64,000 nucleotides of DNA from a virus (lineage: Duplodnaviria > Caudoviricetes), in the IMG/VR virus record IMGVR_UViG_3300013383_000017, positions 32,001 through 96,000 of that record. One strand, written 5' to 3'. This document shows positions 54,925 through 64,000 of this stretch, in pieces; position 1 is the stretch's first letter, and each line of letters opens with the position of its first letter. The notes beneath the pieces were generated by a model, which saw only the letters and a list, made by a program, of their open reading frames with translations, was not told where the DNA came from and searched no databases. The translations under genes and the position numbers were made by a program.

Positions 54925-57900
54925 ATGGCAAATGGAAATTATTACTTAAACCAGACTGCTGATAGTGACGGTCAGTTTGAAACTGAAAAATGGGCTACAA
55001 CTAACACTGATAAAACCCAATCTAATGAAGGTGTGTTTTATATGAATACTGAAGATGTCCTTCCTACTTTTGTAGGAAGGCATTTTAATGGAACTACATC
55101 TGATTCTAATGCTGCTGGAAGAGTTATTAACTGGGATAAATATGAATCTGAAGGTTATACGGATTTAGAAATTTTAGCAGCTAATCAAAAAAATAAAGAA
55201 AGAATAGGTAGTGCATTAGTTAATAATGTTGTTACCTTTGGTAGTACTTTATTTAATAGTACTGCAGGTCTTGTTTGGGGATTACTAGACGCTGCTATTA
55301 ATTGGGATATTACAAGATTAGCAGATAATGCTTTAACAAGAGAAGCTCATAAATGGATAGAGGATGCTAACTATAATAATCCTATATATCAAAGAAAAGG
55401 ATTTGAAGATTTAAATGCTTTACAGAGATTGGGTACTACAGAGTTTTGGGCACAAACTATACAAAGTTTAGGATTTACAGAGGGAGCAATAGTGGCTTCT
55501 TTATTGCCCGGTGGTATATTAGCTAGAGCACCTAGATTTATAGGTATGGGATTATCTTCATTAAGTAGTTCTACAGGTGAAGGTACAGTAGAGGCTCTTT
55601 ATGCTAAGGATGATAAAATAAAATTAGAAAAAACATTAGCTATAGATGCATATAATAGAGCTAGAAAAAATATACAATATTTACCAGAAGAAGATAGACA
55701 AGAAGCTTATAATAGTCTTGAAAATAAATTAAATATAGCTTTAAATGATATCCAAAATGATGGTGATAGAGTTGGTAATGCAGTGTTGGGATTAAATATT
55801 GCATTATTAACAATTACTGGTTTAGCAGAATTTGGTCCTTTAATAAAAAGAGGTATGAGTAAAGCTAGAGCTAGGTCTGCAAAAAAATTATTAGAAGCAG
55901 GTAATATAGAACAGGCTATAAGTAGGGCAGGTAAACATGTTGAGGGTAACCCATTAACTGTTGTTAGAAGAGGAACTAATGGTGCAATAGAGGAAATTGA
56001 TAGGGTTGGTAAGGGAATATTTTATGCTAAAGAAGGAGCAAAGGTTATTGGGAGAGGTTTAGTAGAAGGATTTGAAGAAATCGGTCAAGGTATAATACCA
56101 AGTGCACTAGATAAATATAGTAAATTTAATAGCTTTAATGATAGTGAATTTAATCCTGAAAAAAGAGAAACTACTAATAATTTCTTAAATGCAATGTGGC
56201 AATCTACATTAGAAGCAATGCATGATCAAAATGTTTTATCCGAGGGATTAAGTGGCTTTGTTACAGGTGTAATAGGTGCACCTATGATTAGAAGTTCTAG
56301 AAATAGTAAAGGTAATTTCCAGTCTCCTATATATTTACAAGGTGCTTTGCATGAATCTTTTGAAAACATTAGAGATTATAATAAGATACAGGGTGATATA
56401 GATGTAATTAACAAGAGACTACAAGATCCTAATTTTCAAGAATTTTATAATCACCTAACAAGAAATATTGCTTTTAATGAAGAAACTAATGAAGCTATAG
56501 CAGAAGATGATATAAAGAAATTAAAAGACAGTGAATTAAAAACAATTATATCAGACATTACTCTTTTTAATAATGTAGGTGCCTTAAATAATTATAGGCA
56601 AATGATAAGAGATATATCTACTCTTAATGATGAACAAATAGATGAATTAATAAAAGAAACAACAGATAAAGATGGTAATGGTCCTTTTAGTTCTAATGAT
56701 AATAAAGATGACATTAATATAGTTAGAGATAAACTAAAATCAAATGCTGATTACATTGAGAGTCAAATAGATATGTATGAAAAGTATAGTACTTTCTTAG
56801 ACTCTGTTTTACCTAATCTAGATTCAAAAGTAAGAGAAAATATAATTGCAGCTCATATTACTAATGAAGACTGGTTGCAAAGAAGTTCTGAATTAAAAGA
56901 TAAAATATATGATTATTATAAGCATTACCAAGAAAATATAGATTCTAGTAAATTAGAATCAAAAGAAGAATTCTACAAACATAGTATTGAGGAACTAAAT
57001 ACTATATTTAAAGAAGTAATAAGAAGAGCTTCTGTATTAGAAAAGAAAGAAATAAATGATACTATTACAGATTTTAATAGAATTAATAAGAATATTGAAG
57101 ACTATAGTACTCAGCTTGAAAACTTTTATAAGGACCCATCTCAATATGTTAAACAGAGAGAGAGGAAAGTGGAAAGAAAAAAACAAGAAGTACAAAATAA
57201 CAGTAAACAAGATAAATTAAGTAGAATTGATAATGCTACCTCTTTTGCTGATATATATAATATAGAACAAGAAGAAACAGAACCAGATACTCCTTATGTT
57301 GATGCTCATAGTAGTAAAAGTAAAATAGCAAAAGAATATATTAAAACACGGTCTACTTTAAGTGTTATAAATAGAAAAAGTCAAGCATTACTAAAAGATA
57401 AGTCTGTACCAGAACAGGTAAAAAAAGATATAAAAACTATTATAAATAGAGCTTTTGATTTTACTGATGATAAACAATCTATTAAATCTTATAATGATTT
57501 AGTTAATATAGATAATTCTTTTTTTAATTCTCAGTTACTACAAGAAGATGGAAAAGATGTAAAACCAGAAGAGTTGCAGAAAAGATTTGATGCTGCTATG
57601 TCTTTACTTACTCCTATTATTAAACAAGCAGATTCCGAAAATAAAAAAAGACAAAAATTTACTGATAAACAGGGTAATACTCTAGAATTAGATGATACCT
57701 ATACAGGAACAAAAGAGGAGGAAGAATTATTTGATTTTATGGAAAGAAAATCAAGGGAAAAAGCAGATGATTATAGTGATATTGATGATTCCATTGCAGA
57801 TGATGTCCCTAAACCTAAACCTGCGCAACCTAATAATGAAAAAAAGAGGAAGAATAAAAAAGAGGAGAGTGGAGAAGAAAATGGAGAAGGTAATGGATTT

Positions 57901-59445
57901 ACTACATATACTGATGAAAATGGTGTTGTGCACTATGTTGACCCTAACAGTGCAGAGCGGAAACAAGATGATAATAGTAAAGAAAGTATAAAAGAAGGTT
58001 CTGGTCAGTTTTCTGGAGATGTAAATATAGATTTACCAGAAGGTTCTTTCTATCCTGCTATATATCAATATGATTTAAGTGAAGCTAATCCTTTAGATAA
58101 AAATGGTAATTATAAAGACATAAACTTTGTACAGCCTAAATATGAAAATTCAGACAAGGTATATACTTATTTAAAAACTAAAGGACCAGAAGGCAATGCT
58201 TTTGAGTGGGTAAATAATGGAGGATTAAAAAAATATGTAGAAGAAGGTGGTAAAGTATATATTGGTATAGACCCTGAGTTTTCTGAAACACAACCTGTTT
58301 TCTTTGTAAAAATAGGAGATGAATATAAACCAATAAATCTATCTTATGAGAGTCAAGAACAGATAGATAAAAGGGGTCTTACTGATATACATAGAGTTGT
58401 AGTAGAGGAATATAATAAAAATAAAGGTAATCTTTATATTAGTCCTTATTTATTTACAGTTAGTAATATAGCAAGAGGTAGATTACCTATCAAGGTAAAT
58501 CAAAAGTTTAATTTAAAAGATGTTATAGGTACAACTACTGACCCTTTTTCTTTATCAATAGTTATTGATAAGTATGCTATGAATCCATACTCAGGTAGGG
58601 CTTATATTAAAATAAAGACAGCTAATAGTAATATGCCTATTAGTGTTCCTATTATGCCTATTAGATATAAAGATAGGGATTTAAATTCTAATAATAGTTA
58701 TTTAGATAAAGTAGATACTGTAGTGCGTAATTTTGTTACTGAGGTTACTTCTTTTGCTGTAGGTTTAGGAAATATAGAAGATGTATTAAAATTGTTAAAT
58801 AAATTAAAACCATATATTCTTATAGAAGACTTAGAACTATTTGTATCTAATGATGTTTTATATTTTGCAAAAAAATTAAGAGATGAAAATGGTAATATTA
58901 TTAAAAAAGCAAATGGATATGATGCCACAAAAATAATAGGTAGTACTGATGCTATTAATTCAAGAGATGCTGCTGTTGATTTAGTTAATGCTGTTTTAGG
59001 TGATTTTAAATTTGTAATTAATAAGGATTCTAATATCTTTAAATTAGAAGAAGCAGCAGAAGCAGGTATCTTATATTGTTTTACTCCTAGCTTGCAATCT
59101 CAAATGTCTTTTTATAGTCTTAAAGCAGAGAGTAGAATTGCAGAACAGAAACCAGTAGAAGGAAATAATGAGGATAGCACAAAAGCAGATGAACAAAAAC
59201 CTAATAGTATTATACAAAGAAAAGAAAGAAAAGCAAGAGTACAACAAGAACATGAAGTTGAAGGAGAAATACATAAAGCATCAAACTTAAATAATAATAA
59301 TGATTCTAACGCTGTTATAAGTATGGATGAAGAAAGAAATAAAAGTATGGATAATCAACCAAGAGAAGCTCCTGTAGAGAGTAAATCAGCTGCTTTAAGT
59401 AATAAAGAAGAGGAATACATAAATAATTGTGATTTTCCGTTTTAA
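54925..59445 (+). CDS. Large cargo/ejection protein (gp47-like)
   Basis: N-terminal Gly-rich TM-like helices, EGFEE..QG motif, last gene of the rightward block. Confidence 0.75.
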   Translation: MANGNYYLNQTADSDGQFETEKWATTNTDKTQSNEGVFYMNTEDVLPTFVGRHFNGTTSDSNAAGRVINWDKYESEGYTDLEILAANQKNKERIGSALVNNVVTFGSTLFNSTAGLVWGLLDAAINWDITRLADNALTREAHKWIEDANYNNPIYQRKGFEDLNALQRLGTTEFWAQTIQSLGFTEGAIVASLLPGGILARAPRFIGMGLSSLSSSTGEGTVEALYAKDDKIKLEKTLAIDAYNRARKNIQYLPEEDRQEAYNSLENKLNIALNDIQNDGDRVGNAVLGLNIALLTITGLAEFGPLIKRGMSKARARSAKKLLEAGNIEQAISRAGKHVEGNPLTVVRRGTNGAIEEIDRVGKGIFYAKEGAKVIGRGLVEGFEEIGQGIIPSALDKYSKFNSFNDSEFNPEKRETTNNFLNAMWQSTLEAMHDQNVLSEGLSGFVTGVIGAPMIRSSRNSKGNFQSPIYLQGALHESFENIRDYNKIQGDIDVINKRLQDPNFQEFYNHLTRNIAFNEETNEAIAEDDIKKLKDSELKTIISDITLFNNVGALNNYRQMIRDISTLNDEQIDELIKETTDKDGNGPFSSNDNKDDINIVRDKLKSNADYIESQIDMYEKYSTFLDSVLPNLDSKVRENIIAAHITNEDWLQRSSELKDKIYDYYKHYQENIDSSKLESKEEFYKHSIEELNTIFKEVIRRASVLEKKEINDTITDFNRINKNIEDYSTQLENFYKDPSQYVKQRERKVERKKQEVQNNSKQDKLSRIDNATSFADIYNIEQEETEPDTPYVDAHSSKSKIAKEYIKTRSTLSVINRKSQALLKDKSVPEQVKKDIKTIINRAFDFTDDKQSIKSYNDLVNIDNSFFNSQLLQEDGKDVKPEELQKRFDAAMSLLTPIIKQADSENKKRQKFTDKQGNTLELDDTYTGTKEEEELFDFMERKSREKADDYSDIDDSIADDVPKPKPAQPNNEKKRKNKKEESGEENGEGNGFTTYTDENGVVHYVDPNSAERKQDDNSKESIKEGSGQFSGDVNIDLPEGSFYPAIYQYDLSEANPLDKNGNYKDINFVQPKYENSDKVYTYLKTKGPEGNAFEWVNNGGLKKYVEEGGKVYIGIDPEFSETQPVFFVKIGDEYKPINLSYESQEQIDKRGLTDIHRVVVEEYNKNKGNLYISPYLFTVSNIARGRLPIKVNQKFNLKDVIGTTTDPFSLSIVIDKYAMNPYSGRAYIKIKTANSNMPISVPIMPIRYKDRDLNSNNSYLDKVDTVVRNFVTEVTSFAVGLGNIEDVLKLLNKLKPYILIEDLELFVSNDVLYFAKKLRDENGNIIKKANGYDATKIIGSTDAINSRDAAVDLVNAVLGDFKFVINKDSNIFKLEEAAEAGILYCFTPSLQSQMSFYSLKAESRIAEQKPVEGNNEDSTKADEQKPNSIIQRKERKARVQQEHEVEGEIHKASNLNNNNDSNAVISMDEERNKSMDNQPREAPVESKSAALSNKEEEYINNCDFPF

Positions 59446-59462
59446 ATACTATATATAAAAAT

Positions 59463-59496
59463 AAAGGTGAGGATTTATATAATCCCCACCTTTTTT
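59463..59496. terminator. Bidirectional terminator between convergent blocks
   Basis: AAAGGTGAGGATT-TATAT-AATCCCCACCTTT-TTT with A/T tracts on both sides. Confidence 0.8.
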
Positions 59497-59513
59497 GTTT
59501 ATAGTCATATTTT

Positions 59514-62500
59514 TTATTTATTAAAGTATCTTTCTGCTATTTCTGGATGTAATAATCTATATATTGTTTTATTCATAGGTACAAAGGGACTATTCATTAA
59601 TGCTCTATAACCTTTTGATTTTCCTTTAAATCTTCCAGATTCTATCTTTTCTCCAAACCAATTAGGTAAATATAATGCTTCTTTTATCGATCCTATACTT
59701 TCTAATGTTCTAGTTGCTGCCATAGGAGAAGCAATGATATCTCCTAATTCTCTTGTAACACCAAAAGGAGTAAATGCTTTTATTTCAGTTTTTAATCTCC
59801 TACTCATATATATAAGTAATCTTTCTCCCCAAGGATTATCTTTTTTATCTTTATCACCCGTTAATGCAGCAGTAACACCTGTTAATACTATTACTGTTAT
59901 TAATTCATTTAAAGCTCTTGCTATATTAGATTTTTGAAAATCTTCCATCTGATCCCAATGAAGACTTATTTGTAGTCCCATATCTTTGGAATCTTTAATA
60001 GTACTATATATAAACTTCCACAAAGATACATAATAACCTTCATGTTCTTCTGCAGTATCAAAATTATATAGTGTTTCTTTTGATGTTATACCTCCATATT
60101 TTCTATTTAGAGCTGGTACAATATACTTTCTAAACATCATTATTAAAGCACCTATTGCTGTTTTTTGTAAAGCATTTTTATCTGCTTTATTATAAATACC
60201 ATATAAATCATGGTTTACTCCCCACACTCTTTTTTTGAAGTTATTTTCTTCTTCTCTTGTTAACTCTACACCATCTATTGTACCTAAATATTTCTCACCA
60301 TTCTCATCAGTTTTAACTTCTAATGCATCCCATAAAGATATCTCTTTACCATCATTTGTTTTTACTTTAGTATACATTGCTTGTGCTAATGCTGTCCTAC
60401 TTTCGCCCCAATGCGCACCTGCAGACATTAAAAAATAAAGACTATTTTCTGATAATAATTTTCTTACCTTTGGTGTTTTAAATTTATAATTAAATATATC
60501 ATTTTCATAATTATGAAGAACATCAAATTTTTCAAGGAATAATCCAAGTTTATTTGTTTTATTTATTTCCCCAAATTCTCCTATAACTTTTAATATATTT
60601 TTTCTATAGTACTTATCTGCTGAATATAAAGATTTTGCATCAAAATAAGCCTTTCCTCCCTTTACCATACTAGCAGCAACTTCAGAATTTACTTGAATAA
60701 TATCATTACCAACAGCTGCAATAGCAGCTAATGCATTTAATGCTAAAGAGTTAAGAGCAGTTAATTTATTTAATAGTCCTGCAACTTTAGATAAGTTTAT
60801 ATTAGTATTCTTAATTTGTACACTTGCATCACTTAAATATCTTCCGTAGAGTTGTGTTTCTAATAGTTCGTTATATTTAGCTACAAAATTATTATTTTCA
60901 GTTTTAAATATTTTCTGTACTAATTTTATACCTTTTGTTTTTATAGTTTCATTTCCTTTTTCTTCTGCAACTCTTTCATTCATAGGTGTTCTACCTAATT
61001 CTAATATATCAACTATATCAGACATTTCTTCATAATTTATAGCCATATCAGCAAAAGCAAGCATTGTAGATACCGTATCTCTATTTAAATTACTTTCATC
61101 TATAGCAGATGTAAAAAATATAGGAAGAGTGTATTTTTCAGAACCATCAAAATTTTTATATTTACCACCACTACCAAAATTTGTATCAGATAAATGAGAT
61201 GTTACAGATTGCTTTGCGGCTTCTCTTATTTTTCCCCACCACTCTTTAGGGTTTGTTTCTTTTAATCTCAAATATAAATCTTTTTGCATTTGTACAGCTA
61301 GCATTGGATCATTACTTAGTATTTGAGGAGGTAGTTTGCTTAACATATTCACTCTTATTTGCATAAAAGTATTATAGTAATCTAACTGTTCATCTGATAA
61401 ATTGTAATCTTTTTGTATATCTACACTATATTTAAGTGGGGATGGATCCCCCTCATAAGTAGTATTATCTCTATACCAAGCATTTAAATCTTGATTATAA
61501 TCTTTCCAATCTCCTTTTTCTATATCTCTTTTATACTTTTCATATAGTTCTTTCTTAAAAGAATTTAAAGTATCATAATATAAAGTCCAGTTGGTATTAG
61601 ATATATATCTACCACTCATACTACCATCTTTATGTCTTTCAAACATAAAAGAATCATCTAATCCTTTTTCTTTTAATTTATTATATTTTGCTACAAGTAC
61701 TCTTTTTAGTTCCTGTACTTTAGTTCTTGTATTGTCTTTCTTTTCTTTTATAGCAGCATCTACTATTTGTATTAATAAGTCATTAGTATTAGCTGCAGAT
61801 TGTATATATCTATCAATAATAGTTATATCCTGTTTAGCTGTTTCTAATAAGCTATCTATTATATCTTTTGTTAGTACTTTTTTCCCTTCTTTAGTTGATA
61901 CTTTTATTCCTTCTTCTGGGAAATACTCTTTTAAAAAAGTAGAAAAAGCACTAAAAGCAGCTTTTTTATATTCTGATTCTAGGATACCTAAATCTTCATT
62001 CAAACTATGTAAATAAGAAGAAATTTGAGGTTCTAATTTTAAATCACCATCAAATGTTTCTTTGGCTATTAAATCTCTTACTGTAGGATATATAGAATCT
62101 ATAAATATTTTTATAGTATTTAATTGATAAGCAGCTTCTTTTATATTTAAATCAGAATTAATAATTCCTTTCATTTTATCTGTATAAGTAGATAGATTCT
62201 CAAAAGATTTTTGTATAAAAGATACTATACCAATATCAAACTCTTCTTTTGCTAGATTTTCTTTTTCTTCTAAAATAAAAGATTCAACATCAAATATATA
62301 ATCTGCTAATTTATCATTTAGTTCCTCTTTTTCTTTTTCTGTTTTTGCTTTTAGCATTTTATCTTGAAGACTCTTTCTATAGAAGTCATATTTCTTTATT
62401 TCATTACTTAAAATTCTTGTTAGTATTTCTTTTTTGGATGTTGTTTTACTTTGTAAGTTATATAAAGAATCTAGTTTTTTTAGGTTGTTTAATTGTTCTT

Positions 62501-63554
62501 TTTTTACATCTATATCTTCTGTTATAAATTTACCTATATCACTAGCTATACTTTGTGCTTCTGTTAATGCATCTATAAAATCTTCTTTTTTAAATGTTTT
62601 TCTAATAAACTCTTTAATTGAATTTATTACTCTACTAATTATACCTTGATAGTTAGTGTTTTGTTTTTTGTCTAAAAACCAAGATTGATATATTAATTTA
62701 CCTGCTACTTCTCTTATTAATGTTTCCTCATTATTAGAATACTTTTTAGTATATTCTTCATATTCTTCTCCTAATACCTCTCTAATTAATGTTGGGTTTT
62801 TAGATAATAAGGTAAATAATCTTCGTACCAGAGGATTATCACTATTTATATCTACAGCAAAGTGAGCAAACTCTTCTGGAAGAGCATTTACACCTGTTTC
62901 ATTGTTAGCTAATTTAATTAGTCCTATTAAACCTTCTGCTGTATATTCTGCTGTCTTATAATCTACTTTACCACCTATACCAATGCTTTCTTCTAGTTTT
63001 GTTAATCTGTTTATAGTTATTCCTTTATTAGCTAATAGTGTTTCTATACTTTTATTAAGAGTATAATTTATTTTAATATTTTTAGCTTTAGCTTCATTTA
63101 TTTTATTTTTTCTTTCTACTTCTACATATAAACCACTATTATCTTGCTTTATAGTAGCTATAAAATCCTTATATGTATTTTCTTCATTAAATTTATTAAC
63201 TTTTTCATATAAAGTCATTACTCCTTTATATGTATTTTCTTCATATTTAAAAGAACCATCTTTGTTAATAGCATCTATCTTTTTATTTAATGCTGTAGTA
63301 ATAACAGCATCATTCAATATTGTATTTACTTCTTTATTTTTTAAAAGACTTTCTATTTTTGGTTCTCCTAATTCGTCTTTTTCTATTTTTTGATATTCCC
63401 TTGTAAAAGAGGGAGAAGTTACTTTAAAGTAAAGACTTTTAGTAGCTTCTCTACTGTTAGTCAAAGAGAGTAAATCTTTAAATAGTTTACTCTCTTTTAA
63501 CTCTCCAGTATTTACATCTTTTTTAAAGGGAAACAAAGTACAATAATTTCCCAT
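59514..63554 (-). CDS. Large virion protein (RNA polymerase-associated cargo) with degenerate zincin motif
   Basis: LPEEFAHF...REVAGKL zincin-like region; C-terminal G.YN..D......A.G.L.MMFRK..V and EGYY motifs typical of crAss giant proteins. Confidence 0.75.
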   Translation of the reverse strand: MGNYCTLFPFKKDVNTGELKESKLFKDLLSLTNSREATKSLYFKVTSPSFTREYQKIEKDELGEPKIESLLKNKEVNTILNDAVITTALNKKIDAINKDGSFKYEENTYKGVMTLYEKVNKFNEENTYKDFIATIKQDNSGLYVEVERKNKINEAKAKNIKINYTLNKSIETLLANKGITINRLTKLEESIGIGGKVDYKTAEYTAEGLIGLIKLANNETGVNALPEEFAHFAVDINSDNPLVRRLFTLLSKNPTLIREVLGEEYEEYTKKYSNNEETLIREVAGKLIYQSWFLDKKQNTNYQGIISRVINSIKEFIRKTFKKEDFIDALTEAQSIASDIGKFITEDIDVKKEQLNNLKKLDSLYNLQSKTTSKKEILTRILSNEIKKYDFYRKSLQDKMLKAKTEKEKEELNDKLADYIFDVESFILEEKENLAKEEFDIGIVSFIQKSFENLSTYTDKMKGIINSDLNIKEAAYQLNTIKIFIDSIYPTVRDLIAKETFDGDLKLEPQISSYLHSLNEDLGILESEYKKAAFSAFSTFLKEYFPEEGIKVSTKEGKKVLTKDIIDSLLETAKQDITIIDRYIQSAANTNDLLIQIVDAAIKEKKDNTRTKVQELKRVLVAKYNKLKEKGLDDSFMFERHKDGSMSGRYISNTNWTLYYDTLNSFKKELYEKYKRDIEKGDWKDYNQDLNAWYRDNTTYEGDPSPLKYSVDIQKDYNLSDEQLDYYNTFMQIRVNMLSKLPPQILSNDPMLAVQMQKDLYLRLKETNPKEWWGKIREAAKQSVTSHLSDTNFGSGGKYKNFDGSEKYTLPIFFTSAIDESNLNRDTVSTMLAFADMAINYEEMSDIVDILELGRTPMNERVAEEKGNETIKTKGIKLVQKIFKTENNNFVAKYNELLETQLYGRYLSDASVQIKNTNINLSKVAGLLNKLTALNSLALNALAAIAAVGNDIIQVNSEVAASMVKGGKAYFDAKSLYSADKYYRKNILKVIGEFGEINKTNKLGLFLEKFDVLHNYENDIFNYKFKTPKVRKLLSENSLYFLMSAGAHWGESRTALAQAMYTKVKTNDGKEISLWDALEVKTDENGEKYLGTIDGVELTREEENNFKKRVWGVNHDLYGIYNKADKNALQKTAIGALIMMFRKYIVPALNRKYGGITSKETLYNFDTAEEHEGYYVSLWKFIYSTIKDSKDMGLQISLHWDQMEDFQKSNIARALNELITVIVLTGVTAALTGDKDKKDNPWGERLLIYMSRRLKTEIKAFTPFGVTRELGDIIASPMAATRTLESIGSIKEALYLPNWFGEKIESGRFKGKSKGYRALMNSPFVPMNKTIYRLLHPEIAERYFNK

Positions 63555-63567
63555 TTTTATAATCTAA

Positions 63568-63999
63568 TTAACACATTTCTACAAATTCACCATTTTCATC
63601 AAGCACTGTATTTTCTTGATTCTCCCTAGCACTCACTTTATCTGCACTACTAAGGAGCATGTCAATAATAGGATTATCACCTTCCATTACAAAGTCATCT
63701 GATTCATTATCATTAACATCATTAGTTTCATCAGCTAATTTTTCAATGTCACTTGTACTTGCATCTCCTATAAATTCACCATTCTCAGATTCTTCTTGTG
63801 ACACTGCCTGTTCATTTGTATTAGAATTATTATCTTGTAATAAAGTGTCTCTTATCGTTTTTTCTACAACTTCTTGACAATAGTACTCTCTTAATTTACT
63901 ATCACCCATCTTTTGTATTCTTTCATAAGTACACACAACTTTATCTCCTTTCTTCTCTTCACTTACCTTTTTATAATAAACAGTAACTGTTTCTCCTAT
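63568..63999 (-). CDS. C-terminal end of a larger gene truncated by the window edge (probably the virion RNA polymerase)
   Basis: Frame is open to the window edge (IGETVTVYYKK...VCTYERIQKMG...EY); acidic tail ending EMC. Identity is inferred from position only. Confidence 0.55.
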   Translation of the reverse strand: MGETVTVYYKKVSEEKKGDKVVCTYERIQKMGDSKLREYYCQEVVEKTIRDTLLQDNNSNTNEQAVSQEESENGEFIGDASTSDIEKLADETNDVNDNESDDFVMEGDNPIIDMLLSSADKVSARENQENTVLDENGEFVEMC

Positions 64000-64000
64000 T

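Noticed and set aside
15569-63554. Stop-codon reassignment (TAG/TGA), known in some crAss-like phages
   Set aside because: TerL, portal, muzzle and cargo genes are full length in the standard code and no suppressor tRNA is present. The only break (MCP) is explained by an intron.

Overview
Most of this window (~9.7-64 kb) is a crAss-like phage (Crassvirales). The major and auxiliary capsid proteins closely match my recollection of phiCrAss001 (Steigviridae/beta group). It uses the standard genetic code and Bacteroidetes-type TAnnTTTG promoters. Small leftward genes run from ~15.1 kb and include a tRNA-Leu(UAA). From ~15.25 kb a rightward late block carries an M15 endolysin, an exonuclease, a three-domain muralytic protein, HU-like and GroES-like proteins, TerL, portal, lysis/fibre genes and a self-contained 6-gene cassette. 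It continues with a putative scaffold, the MCP split by a group I intron with an HNH homing endonuclease, ring/auxiliary capsid/muzzle proteins and cargo proteins. It converges at ~59.5 kb with the leftward giant virion-protein genes. The first ~8.5 kb is visibly GC-richer and looks like the early/middle region of a different Bacteroidales phage (SSB-like, MTase, PAPS reductase, ThyX-like, HNH), so the contig is a mosaic or a chimera. The most unusual signals are non-coding: a ~290-nt highly structured RNA ahead of the endolysin, a tandem pair of 75-nt covarying structured RNAs, and two anticodon-less tRNA mimics. Protein-level oddities include terminal-only cysteines in ejected proteins, GGx[LI] motifs shared by cargo and the muralytic protein, and a CBM5/12-like module inserted in two virion proteins. 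All homology calls come from motif recognition and memory; no searches were run, and GC statements are visual estimates.
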